Positions 8,470-19,817 of a stretch of 64,000 nucleotides of DNA are shown here, piece after piece. The position numbers were made by a program, and so were the translations under genes. Source of the DNA: Promethearchaeota archaeon (GTDB taxonomy: Archaea > Asgardarchaeota > Lokiarchaeia > Sigyniarchaeales > SOKP01); NCBI GenBank assembly GCA_030603385.1, contig JAUVXW010000008.1:32001-96000 (forward strand), given 5' to 3'. Every line of letters begins with the position of its first letter. Within the stretch, counting starts at the first letter, position 1. The notes below the pieces were generated by a model. The model did not search any database and was not told the origin of the DNA. It worked only from the letters and a program-made list of their open reading frames with translations.

Positions 8470-11133
8470 TTAGTTTTTAACTGGTTTATTATTTTTCCTT
8501 GATTGTTTACTTGAAAGAGCTTCTCTTAATTGATCGATAAAAGATAATTTTTCATCTTTCTTCTTCTTTCTTTTTTTCTTAAGGATTTTAACCACTTGAC
8601 CTTGCTCTTTCTCTTGCTCTTGATATGAATGCCGTAATTCGATGCAATATTTGTCTGGTATACTTGCTCTATCCACATTTTTACCTTTTTTCTTTTTCTT
8701 TATATAATCATCTATTAATTCTATTAACTCATCAAGTAATTCTACCAAAAAGTCTTCTATCTTTTTTCCTACTATCTCTTCAATAAAATCTACGAGAAGC
8801 TCTTTCATAAGTTTACCTACATAATGAAAATATAATTCTAATCCGGATTCGTGCTCAAATAATAAGATTTCACGCGTATTTAGAGAAAACTTCAGACTAT
8901 CAATATCATTTTTCCATTCTGCTAAGCAAAGAGGCTTACTATCCTTAATATAACTCTTAGATTTAACAATTTCTCTGAGGTCCTTGTATTCATCTGGATA
9001 GATTCTCGCATTTCCAAAACCTCGATTACTTTTATTTAGAGGAACTGGTAAGTCATCTTTATATTCTAATGGTTTTAATTTTAATGAAACTATTTCTTCT
9101 TTATCTTTCTTTAAATGGTTACATGCGTATTCAAGATTTTTTGAGTAATCGTCGATATTAGAAGTTTTAGTCTTGTAGTCAGTAAAAAATTCGTTAAATT
9201 CTTTCTCTCTTTCTTCAATATTTCTAGAAAGCTCTTTAAGTTTACGTCTTTTTTTTCTCAAAAATTCTTGGTTATGCCATTTACGGAGTGAAATAAAGTT
9301 TGCAGTTGAAGCAACAAAACCAATAAGAACTAATAAGGTAACTACGAATGCGAGAATAAATGGCCATGGAGGTGATACTGTTATATCATAAGATTCCCAA
9401 GTACATGAGTAAAAATCTAATTTATTAAGAGCATTTTGCTGAAATCCAGTCAAGTTTATGTGATGAGCATGGTATAATTTTGGGACATTTAACCAGATGT
9501 ATGGCATATCATCAATCAAAAGCTCTTGAATTCCATCATATAGAGCTTCTCTTAATACAGGATTTCTTTCTATAAGAGCTTCTTCCATCAAAAGCTGAAC
9601 ATTATCCCAAAGATAATATGGATTTCTACCAGCTAATTGAGCTTCTGTGAAACCATTATACTGCGCTCCATTCATTCTTATAGAACTATTCGTATAAAAA
9701 TTGTCTATAAAAAGGCTTGGATCATTAAAATCTGGCATGTATCCAAAAATATAGAGTTCTAATTCATTTCTATGATGGGCTCCCTTTTCTTCTAATATTT
9801 CTATAAACGTAAGCCATGAGGTACTGGCGTTTGTTATTTGAATTCCTGTTTTATTTAGATTATTCTGTAGCAATAGAAATATACTCTCCCGATAAAAGTT
9901 TAAAGCATTATAGGTAAAATTATATGAAACAAACACATTATTTGTCCAATTATCCTCAGTAATTCCGGGAAAAGTTGGATCAAATCCTACCCCAAACCCC
10001 ATCGATTGCATAATCATCCTTGCATGTGTAATGTTGAAGTTAGGTAAATTGAATGAATCATTGGCATATCTAATACCTGTGGGTATGGGTGAACTCATCC
10101 TCATTGTTCTTCCTGCTTTTAATACATCAATTATATATGAGTAATTAATACTGTAAGAAATCACCTCTCTAAATGTTCTATTTATTAATATATTATTTAC
10201 ACCTAAATATTCAATTATTCCAGCAGTCTTATTGAAATCTAAAACAGTTATATTAGGATCAGCTGTAAAATTTTCTAAAAACGACGATGAAGGATTAGAT
10301 AAAAAATGAATCCCATTCTTCAGTAATGCTTCATTTCTCAGATTTGAATTGCTGATTATTGAAAACACTAATATATCAATACTTGCTTTCCCCCTCCAAT
10401 AGTTATCAAATGCATGGAAACTTACTTCAAAATTATTTACATAATAATCATAAACAAATGGACCAGTCCCTACTAAATCTCCTGTATTAGTGTCGATATA
10501 TTCGGTAACGGGAGTAGAAAAGGGTGATAAAATATAAGAACCACTAAAACATAATAAAGCCTCAAAAGGAGCATACGGACCATTTAAAATAAAGGTAACA
10601 TTGTAAGCACTATTTATTCTAACTTCTTTTACAATTGGAATCCCACTTGGGAATTTGTATAAGTACTCTAATTGAGTTCTAAACTCATAATTAGTACCGG
10701 TGGTGTTTAAAGCCCAAGCCATTCTTTGCCATGTAAAATTCACTGCACTAGCATTAAAGATTGTCCCGTCATGGAATAAAACGTTTTGTCTGAGAAGAAC
10801 AGTATATTCTGTACCATTTAGATTCCATGATCCATAATCGGAAGCAAGATGAGGAATTATTTTAAGTTCTGGATCTGCCAAGTCATAAGTAAATAATCCT
10901 TCACAGATTTGGTCAATTACTTCAAATGAATTTGATTCCCAAGCAAGTTGTGGATCAAGATAACTCGGACCATAAGCTACCCCAACTTTAAAGGGAGTGA
11001 TTGTAGAACTACTGCTCATCCGTAAATTTGAATCTAGATGCATATTATTATTCTGTGTGCTTATATCGAAAAAGAATACAGCAGATAGCATTAATAAAAG
11101 TAGTATTAAAACTGACTTTAGACTTTTTTTCAT
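8470..11133 (-). CDS. Family 5 (DppA/OppA-like) solute-binding protein fused to a TM helix and a cytoplasmic C-terminal domain
   Basis: Signal peptide; LDP, EGL, FHDG..F.A, GTGPF and PDFNDP motifs; TM WPFILAFVVTLLVLIGFV followed by a basic stop-transfer stretch and ~270 further aa. Confidence 0.8.
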   Translation of the reverse strand: MKKSLKSVLILLLLMLSAVFFFDISTQNNNMHLDSNLRMSSSSTITPFKVGVAYGPSYLDPQLAWESNSFEVIDQICEGLFTYDLADPELKIIPHLASDYGSWNLNGTEYTVLLRQNVLFHDGTIFNASAVNFTWQRMAWALNTTGTNYEFRTQLEYLYKFPSGIPIVKEVRINSAYNVTFILNGPYAPFEALLCFSGSYILSPFSTPVTEYIDTNTGDLVGTGPFVYDYYVNNFEVSFHAFDNYWRGKASIDILVFSIISNSNLRNEALLKNGIHFLSNPSSSFLENFTADPNITVLDFNKTAGIIEYLGVNNILINRTFREVISYSINYSYIIDVLKAGRTMRMSSPIPTGIRYANDSFNLPNFNITHARMIMQSMGFGVGFDPTFPGITEDNWTNNVFVSYNFTYNALNFYRESIFLLLQNNLNKTGIQITNASTSWLTFIEILEEKGAHHRNELELYIFGYMPDFNDPSLFIDNFYTNSSIRMNGAQYNGFTEAQLAGRNPYYLWDNVQLLMEEALIERNPVLREALYDGIQELLIDDMPYIWLNVPKLYHAHHINLTGFQQNALNKLDFYSCTWESYDITVSPPWPFILAFVVTLLVLIGFVASTANFISLRKWHNQEFLRKKRRKLKELSRNIEEREKEFNEFFTDYKTKTSNIDDYSKNLEYACNHLKKDKEEIVSLKLKPLEYKDDLPVPLNKSNRGFGNARIYPDEYKDLREIVKSKSYIKDSKPLCLAEWKNDIDSLKFSLNTREILLFEHESGLELYFHYVGKLMKELLVDFIEEIVGKKIEDFLVELLDELIELIDDYIKKKKKGKNVDRASIPDKYCIELRHSYQEQEKEQGQVVKILKKKRKKKKDEKLSFIDQLREALSSKQSRKNNKPVKN

Positions 11134-11276
11134 AAAATAACGCCCAAATGTGATAATTATGATCTATTATTCTACCAAGGTATAAAAATATATTTACCAC
11201 TTTGTCAATGAAAAGATGCTACTTAATATTTTTGCAATAATTTACCCGGAACAAGCTAAATTGCCTATTACCATTC

Positions 11277-11618
11277 CTATTTGATCTTTTCACCATCACT
11301 TTTCACTCTTTCAATTAACTGCTCATAGAAACTAACCAAATCTAAAAAAAACTCCTCATCGGAATAAATTTCTTCCTTACATTTTTCCCGCAAAAAAATA
11401 AAAAATCTTTTATGCCTACTATAACTAGAATCTTTATAAATAAATTCCTCTCCCTTTTTCTTAATCCCTACAAGCATACAAACCTTAACTAAGACATTAT
11501 CTGCAATATGATGTGCTAACTCAAAAATTTCATTAGATTCATTTTCTACTAACATCTTTGCCACGGACAACATTCGCTTTAAAGTCTGAACTCTTGCATT
11601 ATTATTGGTTTTTGTCAT
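11277..11618 (-). CDS. Hypothetical protein, possibly a remnant
   Basis: 113-aa ORF in an accessory region; no recognised motif. Confidence 0.4.
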   Translation of the reverse strand: MTKTNNNARVQTLKRMLSVAKMLVENESNEIFELAHHIADNVLVKVCMLVGIKKKGEEFIYKDSSYSRHKRFFIFLREKCKEEIYSDEEFFLDLVSFYEQLIERVKSDGEKIK

Positions 11619-12187
11619 ACAAATTATTAGTAAGTTTGATATTAATATATTTTTTTGTACTTTTTTGTTGAAGTGTTATTGATCTCATTTTGAAATCACT
11701 TCGTGAATACGAAGTGAATTTAGTTCATTTAGATCTCCTATAAATCTCATAATTATATATTTCCAAGTAAAGATCCACTTACAATAGAGTTAGTCGCGAG
11801 GAAATTTAAAAAATGAAAAAGAAAAAAATATTACAGTCCTTACAATATAATCAAGTAAATTTAATTTAATTAAAAAATTTAATATATCATATTTACTCCA
11901 GACTAATATGGCTCTTTTTACAGAAATGCCAGTTATTTTTACAATTCCTTTGGATGTTTTGTTTACCGTCTTTGTGATATTATATCCTTTGGATTCTTGT
12001 TCATGTTTATTATTTTAATGAAATTAAGTTGGCAAACTATAATGGATATATTTCGTCAAACACTTTAAGTTAAAGTAAAAATTTTATTTGATTTCATTAA
12101 TAATAAGTAAATACTTTGCATTCTTTAAGAATTACTAAACTATAAAGTATTAATTTTATTTTATAAAAAAACTCAATTTAGAAAATT

Positions 12188-12829
12188 TTATATAATTAAC
12201 CTAACATACTCAATATATTTTGAAGTCTCTTGCTTTTTTACAAGCTTTAAAGTATTTATTAAAACTCGCATTATTTCATTTAAATCATTTTTAGAATATT
12301 CAAGATAGAATTCTGCATTAGATATCCCAGTGAATCCTTTTATTTTGAAGTCAATTATTTTGCGGTTTAAATTTAAAACAACCCTTTCAATTTTTTCATA
12401 ATTTAAGAATATTGTATAATTAATTATTTCTACTACATCAACAGGATATACTGAAAAATCAGTTTTATGATTTAATTTGAAATTTTTTCTTATATATCGC
12501 TTGTTGGTCAAAATATTATAATAATTATAATATTTAAGTTGTTTATATGATAATCCTAATAATTTACTTAATTTTTTATACTCCTTTAATAAAATCAATG
12601 AAACAGTTAAAGTTCCTAAAGTTAAGGTAGGTATAAGAAACATCAAAGAGAAAAAATTTCCTTGAATCATATAATAATAGAAAAATAATTTATATAAAAT
12701 TATAAAAAACATAATAAGAAACACTCCTAATCGAATAAAGTTCACTAGATTTACTGTTTTTTTAGTACACCATAAAATCTTCTCATCCTTAAGCAAATTT
12801 TCATTAAACTCTTCTACTTTTTCAGTCAA
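12188..12829 (-). CDS. Hypothetical membrane protein (2 TM plus PH-like C-terminus)
   Basis: E.ILW N-terminal motif, two hydrophobic helices, then a Y.ILTNKR motif typical of bacterial-PH-type membrane proteins. Confidence 0.55.
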   Translation of the reverse strand: MTEKVEEFNENLLKDEKILWCTKKTVNLVNFIRLGVFLIMFFIILYKLFFYYYMIQGNFFSLMFLIPTLTLGTLTVSLILLKEYKKLSKLLGLSYKQLKYYNYYNILTNKRYIRKNFKLNHKTDFSVYPVDVVEIINYTIFLNYEKIERVVLNLNRKIIDFKIKGFTGISNAEFYLEYSKNDLNEIMRVLINTLKLVKKQETSKYIEYVRLII

Positions 12830-13053
12830 ATTAAAGACTTTTTCACTTATTTCAAATTTTTTAAAAATTCTCGACTTAAAGATATAAAATCAATCTAAAA
12901 AGGTTTTCTATTGGATTTAGTATTAATTTAGAGCTAAAATTGCGAATCTTCAACTTTGTCAATGGAAAGAATTAAAAATAGAGTATTCTTATTAAATCTT
13001 TGACCTTTTTTATTATAAATTAAATCCAATATCTATTATAAAAATGATATAAG

Positions 13054-16000
13054 ATGAAGCCTTATTCAAGAAAATTCTCAACCATATGGTTAATTTTTCT
13101 CTTTATATTTGGCGGGTTTATACCAGCATTTACATTGAATCTTTTTAATCTGAAAGAAAAATTAGAAGGTAATTCTGATGATACTTTGGAATCAATTACC
13201 GAAAAGGAGAGGGAAAATATTGAAGATGACATAATTAATACTGAAGAAAAAGATTCTGAAATAGAAAGGTTGATTAATGATGAAGAAAATGCACAAGATG
13301 TTTATACTACTAGACTAAACGATATTAATATCAATAAATCTCAAATGGATGTGGATTATAGTTCAATAGAAGATTTAACAAATGAATATTTAGCAGGTAA
13401 TATTACTCTTGAAACTTATCTTATTAAAATAAGAGGGAAACCTATTATTTACACATCAGTTTATAATAATGGGACTTTTGAACGTATAATAAAATTCATT
13501 GAATATATAGACACTAAGCCTGTGAATTTAACAGATGCTATAGAGTATGAAATTTTACATACTGAAAATATAAAATCTTATGAAATTATAAACGTAAAAA
13601 ACGTAAAAGATTACAATAAAAAAAATCTAGCTTATGAAGTTGCTGGAAATCTTCAAGCATTATCGATAAATAAATTAATCTCTAAAGACTTTTCTTCTTA
13701 TTATAAGGATTTCTTTGATTTATTCCATAATAACTTAAAAACTGGTCAGAGTGTTTTAACACTTAAGTATGAATTAGAAAGACCAATTAATAACCGAAAT
13801 TATGTTTTATCAAAAGTTATATACGACAAGGATAATTGTCAAGTACTATTTGATAATTTTTTATCTAATTCAAGAAGATACCAAGTTAAAAATAAAACTA
13901 TAGTAATCGAAAGGAATTTATCAATATCCAATAAGGCGACTATAAATCTATATGTCGGAGTTTTATATAATCCATCATTTTTGGGCATTCCTATCCCCAT
14001 AGTATCGTATAAATTTACTTATGATATTTATTGCTCGATCGAAGCTATACCCTTTTATACAAGTTCTTTAACTCCTAAAGATGGTAGTATAAGTCTTGCG
14101 ATTTACTTTGCTCACGAAACGGAGTATTCAACTTTAGAAGCAGTTCATTATCTCGTTGCAGCCATACCTTTTGTTGGTTTGGCTTTTGCAATCTGGTTTG
14201 CAGTAGTTTCTGAAGATGCGAGAAATTCTGAAAAAGCAGGGGCAGTTTCATTTTCAACATCATCGTCAAGAGGTGATACAATTTCTAGTATAAATGATTG
14301 GTCTTACACGACTCCTGGGGGTTACTATAATCCTTATAGTGGTCCATATTATAGATATGCGACTATTTCTAAAAGCTCAAATACACAAGATAAAGGAACT
14401 GTTACTATTTCAACAACTTTATCTGGTTCTGGATTAGGTGCTTCTGGTTTAGACTCTGATTCAGTAACTTTAGAATACGTTAGGATTTTAAAAGTACCTG
14501 AATTGACATATGTTATTGATAGAACTGCCATGACTGCTGGAGTGAATGGGAACTTAAAAGTAACTGTCAAAAATAAAAATTCAGATACAAATTCAATAAA
14601 ATTAAAGGATCTAATAATTAAGGTATCTCTAGTGTTAAATCCCAGTAAATTTGATATTAATTCTGTTGGAACTAAATATGCAACTCATAAATTCACTACC
14701 ATCTCAGACTCTGGTGAAAAATCATTTACAATTATTCCTATTCTAGACGAAATGGGGGATGCTCGTTTAAAAATCGAAATTTTAGGCTATAAATTCTTTA
14801 TTGATGCAAATCCGGATGTTACAATAACAATTTCCTCGACTTCTATACAAAAAACACAAGATATCACAAATTTACCTGCAATTGCAAATATAATAATAAA
14901 AGATTTTACACCAATTCATCAATTCCAATTAATTTCAAGAAGTGAACCTGGTTATGAATTCAGTTTAAATATTGCATTAGAAAATCTAGGAGGAATTGAT
15001 GCACAATTAATTGAATTTTATCTATATTTGAAATATCCCTCTTCTGCTTATTTTGATACTTATGATACTTTAACTTATGATCGAATTGCAAATATTACAG
15101 GGAGTAATATTGAATTATTTACATATTCTACGAATCTAGAGATTAAGGGAGATTATACTTTTAGATTTGGAATTGTCTATTCATTTGAAGTTTTAGGTAA
15201 AACCTATACAAGTTTATTTATATACAATCAAAATGAAGATCAAGATAATTGTTTAATTCTTCCAGACCCATATAATAATAAAGATTACAATATGGTAATT
15301 AATCTGAGATCAAGACCTATGATTAATCTTGAAGTAGATATTACTGATGATAGTTATACAGTTGTAAAAATAATTGCAGGGAATCGAGCTCAATTTGATA
15401 ATTTATCATTTTCAATCTCATATAAAGCTATTGGAGTCAAATATGAAAATGATGGGATGAATATATTTGGATGGTTTACTGATGCAGCGAATATAATAAC
15501 TGACATAGCTTCTTTCGCAACTAAATCTTATGGGGAAGGGTTAAAAGCTCTTATCACAGCTATAACGTCCTTTAAAAGGTTAGGGGATGAAATGAAATAT
15601 AACGTTGCTGATTTTCTAATTAGAATAGGAGTTGGTATTATTATTAGGGCAATTTATACACTATATTTTTCATGGGGTCCTTACAATATTAATACACCAT
15701 TAGGATCTTTTCTTGGTGATTTGAAAGGTACTTATTATGCGCAATCTGGTGGATATGAGCCTTCAGAAGTTATAGATGATGAAGATTTAATATTAAAGTT
15801 TAAGCGAGATAGTCCTAACATCATTGATGACTTTTGGTTAGTCTATCTAGCTCGAGGATTTCATAGATCTCAAATTTATATTGATTTCGATTATACATTT
15901 TCAGATAAATATGGAAATGTTTGGACTGGTTCTGAAGTGGAACTTAAGAAAGAAGGTCAGGAAGTATCAAACTTGGATAATGTTGAGGTTACAGTTCAAT

Positions 16001-19000
16001 TAAGTGTTTTTATGAAAGATGGTTTTAATGTATATTATAACTGTTGGGTAGAGTTTTTAACGATTTCAGCTACTTTAGTTATTGAAATTGTTTTATCTGC
16101 CCTAGGGTGGTTACCAGGAATGCAGTGGACTTGGGCTGCTGTTGCAATGAATTTGCTCATGTTAGCCCTTTCAGTTACAATAATGGGTATTATAGCAGCA
16201 ATTTTATATAGTGATCCGGATCCTAACTATACAGTGATAGATGAACCCATACCTTACGAATTAGAAGAAATATTTACTAATAGTTCTGACGGAGGTTCTC
16301 ACCTAAAACAAATCAAATTAATGTCAGATTTATTTGGCTATTTGAATGCTTCAAAAACTTCATTATTTAGGTTATATCAAGCAAAACTTGAAAATAATCA
16401 AACTTATACAGTATTACAATCAAAAGCATTATATAAATATACAGTAGAAGCAGAAAGGATCAATAACGACCTTCTATATGAATCACTTTACAATGCATTA
16501 TTAAATTATAACAGAAGCTTAATTGATAATAAAACCGCCAATATTTTAATTGAAAAAATAAAAAATGAAGGAATAACTCCAGAAGTAGAAAATAAAATAC
16601 GAGAGATCTCATCAGGAGTGAATAATGATACGTTTGATGTAATCGAAGAAGAAATCTATAATATGAATTCTACTCAGATAATCAGCTTATTAAATCGAAA
16701 TCATACAATGGACGAAATGTATGCTAGATACCTTATTTTCAATGACAGGATTCACTTTCTAAGAGATGAATCTCTAGATGGAATTGTATATGCAAGAACA
16801 GAAATACTAGAGGGATCAATAAGAAATGCTACTACCCAAGAATTAAACGTTCCCTTTAATTTAAATAAAACTATCATAAATCAATTAGAATCAGAAAATT
16901 TTACAAATATAGAAACCCTATGTCAAGATCTGAATGAATCTGCTTGGGAATTATTTTATAAAACTAATAATACACTTTATATGAAATACGCTGATTTTGC
17001 GCTCCAAACATTATATTCTCTTAAATTTTACATAAGTGTAAGAGCAATTGGATATCCTAATCAAATAATCATTGACGAGAACATTACACCTCAGACTTTA
17101 AATCTAGAGATAACAAACAATGGATTTATTAATAGTACATTTGGTTTTGAAGTTGAATCTGATTTTATTGGAATTTTCAGCATATCACCCGATATTTCTT
17201 CAATACAAATTTTCGTAGAACCTTTACAGATCCATGAATTAAAGATAGAATTCTCAATTTCGGATAATCATATATTAACACCTGGAGAATATCCTGGTAA
17301 AATTAGAGTTTATTCACTTGAAAATCCATTAAAGTATGATGAAATTGATTTTTCAATTATCATCCCTATTTATAACTTTAATATAAGCTCAGAAGCAAAA
17401 TCTATCTCTGTAGTTCCCGGAGAAACAGTAAAAACAAATTTGAATGTGAAAAATTTAGGTAATGTATATGATATTTATGAATTACAGATTGTTAGCGAAA
17501 TACCTATATCATGGATATATACTTTAAATAAAATAATTTTACCTAAAGGTAATGATTATGATATTCCATTAGTTATTACACCAGTAAGACATTATACTAC
17601 AACACCTGGTACATATTTAGTAGAAATATTCGTTAAATCAATTGGAAACGGTTCAATAATTAAAAGTTTGTTATATTCAATTGAGATTTTACCATATTAT
17701 GAATATAGCAGTTCTTCAAAAATTATTGATAATAAAATTAAACCCGGTGAAGAAGCTATTTTTAATTTCAATATTACTAACTTAGGAAATACACCTGAAA
17801 CTTATAATATTTCATTATCTGTAGATGATTTTATTAAAAATTGGACTACGTCAAATCTTTTAAGTAATAATTATGAAGTTATCTCTTTACAGCCTGGTGA
17901 AACATTCTCTAAGCAGATTTTATTAATAACAATTGATACATATAAACTGGTGTCAGGAATTTATGAAAATTTCTTAAAAATAGAGTCAATAACTTCCTCT
18001 GTGGATCACGAATTTTTGGATTTTACAATTGAAATTTTAAAATCAATTAGATTTAGTGTAAAAATTGATGATATAGAAGAGAAAGTTATTCCTGGAGAAA
18101 TTGCTCAATACAACCTCACTATTCAAAATTTAGGAAATATCGGTGAATTTTTCAATTATTCTATTGATTTTATCGGTGCTGAATCAACATGGGAAATTCA
18201 ATTAATAACAGAAGAAGATCCGGAATTAGATTTAACTGGTTGGGTAAGTTTAAATCCTGGTGAAAATCAAACGTTTAAGTTGGAAGTATTTCCACCTAGA
18301 ATCTATACTACAACAGTAGGAATTTATCCATTTTATTTCTTAGTTTTTAGTAATTCAACACCGCCAATAAACCAGACAGTGAGTAGCGTTATAGAAATCT
18401 TAAATTTCTATGAGATGACTGTAGATTTTGATATCTCTAATTACGAAGTTGATCCAGGAGAAATAACAATATTATGTTTAAACATAAATAATTTTGGTAA
18501 TGACAATTATACATTCTCTATTAGTTTATCTTCTAACGTTCCAAATGAATGGATATCGATATATACAAATACGATTTTATTACAACCTGGAGAAACATCA
18601 GAAATTCAAATAGAGATTCTACCACCAAAGTTGTATACTACTGTTCCTGGCATATATAATATTACCTTAAATGTAACCTTATTAGAAAATCCAGAGACAT
18701 ATCAAATGATTGAAACTGAAATAAAAATATTGGAATTCTATGAATCGATAATTCATGCAATACCTGAGAAAATTGAAGCTGAAATTGGAGATTCAATTGA
18801 ATTTGAATTTAGCATTACTAATTTAGGTAATGTTTTAAGTGAATATTCCTTACACTCATTTTCATGGAATGTTTCAATTGTAAGTGAATGGATTAAGGTA
18901 TTGATTCCATCCATTACTCTTAATCCTGGTGAAACTGGAAAATTGCTAATAAATATTGATATTCCATATTTCTGGCAGGATATGGAACCCATTCATGCAA

Positions 19001-19761
19001 TAGGAGATATAATGATAAACAAATTGAACGAATCAGAAATCGTATTAGTCAATGTGGAGTTGATAATAGAAGCAACGCCTAAAAATATGATATACTTCTT
19101 GATAAATAGAATTAGTAGTCTATATAACAATATTAATAAAGCAACAGAGTCATGTAGAAAATATGTTCTATTACATTTCTTGTCCTACTCTAAACATTTG
19201 TTAAATAGATCTTTAGTTTCTCTTGAGAGATTTTATTATAATTTTTCAGTATTACTTGATATCCTTTCTAGATCCAAGTTACAATTTGTTAGTTTAATTG
19301 GTGAATTTTGTAGATTCGATAAAATTTTCAATCAAACGTTTACTAATTATGTTAAAAATGAATTATGGGATTGTCACGATCAAATTTCACTACTCATAGG
19401 AACAACGATAAATATAGCTCTAAATAATAAAACTGGTACTGATATAAGCTTAATTCAAATAACTCATAATTCTCTATTTCGAATTTTGGATTTCTATGAT
19501 ATTAAGAGATGTATTTACCATTCAATTTATATTAGATTATTCGTAATTGACAATTATTACTCTTTCTTATATAATTACGCTATACTTGATAAATCAACAG
19601 CTTTTCGATGTGTTCTAAGAAAATTAGACTCAAGATATAATTCCTTTTTACATAAGTTATGCATTTATAGACGTTTTAAATTAATTCCCGATCAATTGTA
19701 TTTTGATATGTTAAATAAAATCAGTGAAATTCAATCAGATCTAATGAATTTAAATTTATAA
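13054..19761 (+). CDS. Giant secreted or cell-surface protein with ~6 Ig-like (COG1470/NEW3-type) repeats
   Basis: Signal peptide; repeated PGE...I.NLGN...Y...W units of ~115 aa (about nt 17050-19080); internal hydrophobic segments. Confidence 0.8.
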   Translation: MKPYSRKFSTIWLIFLFIFGGFIPAFTLNLFNLKEKLEGNSDDTLESITEKERENIEDDIINTEEKDSEIERLINDEENAQDVYTTRLNDININKSQMDVDYSSIEDLTNEYLAGNITLETYLIKIRGKPIIYTSVYNNGTFERIIKFIEYIDTKPVNLTDAIEYEILHTENIKSYEIINVKNVKDYNKKNLAYEVAGNLQALSINKLISKDFSSYYKDFFDLFHNNLKTGQSVLTLKYELERPINNRNYVLSKVIYDKDNCQVLFDNFLSNSRRYQVKNKTIVIERNLSISNKATINLYVGVLYNPSFLGIPIPIVSYKFTYDIYCSIEAIPFYTSSLTPKDGSISLAIYFAHETEYSTLEAVHYLVAAIPFVGLAFAIWFAVVSEDARNSEKAGAVSFSTSSSRGDTISSINDWSYTTPGGYYNPYSGPYYRYATISKSSNTQDKGTVTISTTLSGSGLGASGLDSDSVTLEYVRILKVPELTYVIDRTAMTAGVNGNLKVTVKNKNSDTNSIKLKDLIIKVSLVLNPSKFDINSVGTKYATHKFTTISDSGEKSFTIIPILDEMGDARLKIEILGYKFFIDANPDVTITISSTSIQKTQDITNLPAIANIIIKDFTPIHQFQLISRSEPGYEFSLNIALENLGGIDAQLIEFYLYLKYPSSAYFDTYDTLTYDRIANITGSNIELFTYSTNLEIKGDYTFRFGIVYSFEVLGKTYTSLFIYNQNEDQDNCLILPDPYNNKDYNMVINLRSRPMINLEVDITDDSYTVVKIIAGNRAQFDNLSFSISYKAIGVKYENDGMNIFGWFTDAANIITDIASFATKSYGEGLKALITAITSFKRLGDEMKYNVADFLIRIGVGIIIRAIYTLYFSWGPYNINTPLGSFLGDLKGTYYAQSGGYEPSEVIDDEDLILKFKRDSPNIIDDFWLVYLARGFHRSQIYIDFDYTFSDKYGNVWTGSEVELKKEGQEVSNLDNVEVTVQLSVFMKDGFNVYYNCWVEFLTISATLVIEIVLSALGWLPGMQWTWAAVAMNLLMLALSVTIMGIIAAILYSDPDPNYTVIDEPIPYELEEIFTNSSDGGSHLKQIKLMSDLFGYLNASKTSLFRLYQAKLENNQTYTVLQSKALYKYTVEAERINNDLLYESLYNALLNYNRSLIDNKTANILIEKIKNEGITPEVENKIREISSGVNNDTFDVIEEEIYNMNSTQIISLLNRNHTMDEMYARYLIFNDRIHFLRDESLDGIVYARTEILEGSIRNATTQELNVPFNLNKTIINQLESENFTNIETLCQDLNESAWELFYKTNNTLYMKYADFALQTLYSLKFYISVRAIGYPNQIIIDENITPQTLNLEITNNGFINSTFGFEVESDFIGIFSISPDISSIQIFVEPLQIHELKIEFSISDNHILTPGEYPGKIRVYSLENPLKYDEIDFSIIIPIYNFNISSEAKSISVVPGETVKTNLNVKNLGNVYDIYELQIVSEIPISWIYTLNKIILPKGNDYDIPLVITPVRHYTTTPGTYLVEIFVKSIGNGSIIKSLLYSIEILPYYEYSSSSKIIDNKIKPGEEAIFNFNITNLGNTPETYNISLSVDDFIKNWTTSNLLSNNYEVISLQPGETFSKQILLITIDTYKLVSGIYENFLKIESITSSVDHEFLDFTIEILKSIRFSVKIDDIEEKVIPGEIAQYNLTIQNLGNIGEFFNYSIDFIGAESTWEIQLITEEDPELDLTGWVSLNPGENQTFKLEVFPPRIYTTTVGIYPFYFLVFSNSTPPINQTVSSVIEILNFYEMTVDFDISNYEVDPGEITILCLNINNFGNDNYTFSISLSSNVPNEWISIYTNTILLQPGETSEIQIEILPPKLYTTVPGIYNITLNVTLLENPETYQMIETEIKILEFYESIIHAIPEKIEAEIGDSIEFEFSITNLGNVLSEYSLHSFSWNVSIVSEWIKVLIPSITLNPGETGKLLINIDIPYFWQDMEPIHAIGDIMINKLNESEIVLVNVELIIEATPKNMIYFLINRISSLYNNINKATESCRKYVLLHFLSYSKHLLNRSLVSLERFYYNFSVLLDILSRSKLQFVSLIGEFCRFDKIFNQTFTNYVKNELWDCHDQISLLIGTTINIALNNKTGTDISLIQITHNSLFRILDFYDIKRCIYHSIYIRLFVIDNYYSFLYNYAILDKSTAFRCVLRKLDSRYNSFLHKLCIYRRFKLIPDQLYFDMLNKISEIQSDLMNLNL

Positions 19762-19817
19762 TTTAACACTTTTTTTTTCCTATTTTATTTGGTTAATTAT
19801 TAAAAAAGCATAGAAAT

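Larger units (their letters stand above)
11199..12970 (+). repeat. 18-bp direct repeat pair ACTTTGTCAATGRAAAGA bounding a 1.75-kb segment
   Basis: 11199-11216 and 12953-12970 match at 17/18. The core CTTTGTCAATG recurs on the minus strand at 32738-32748. Confidence 0.5.
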
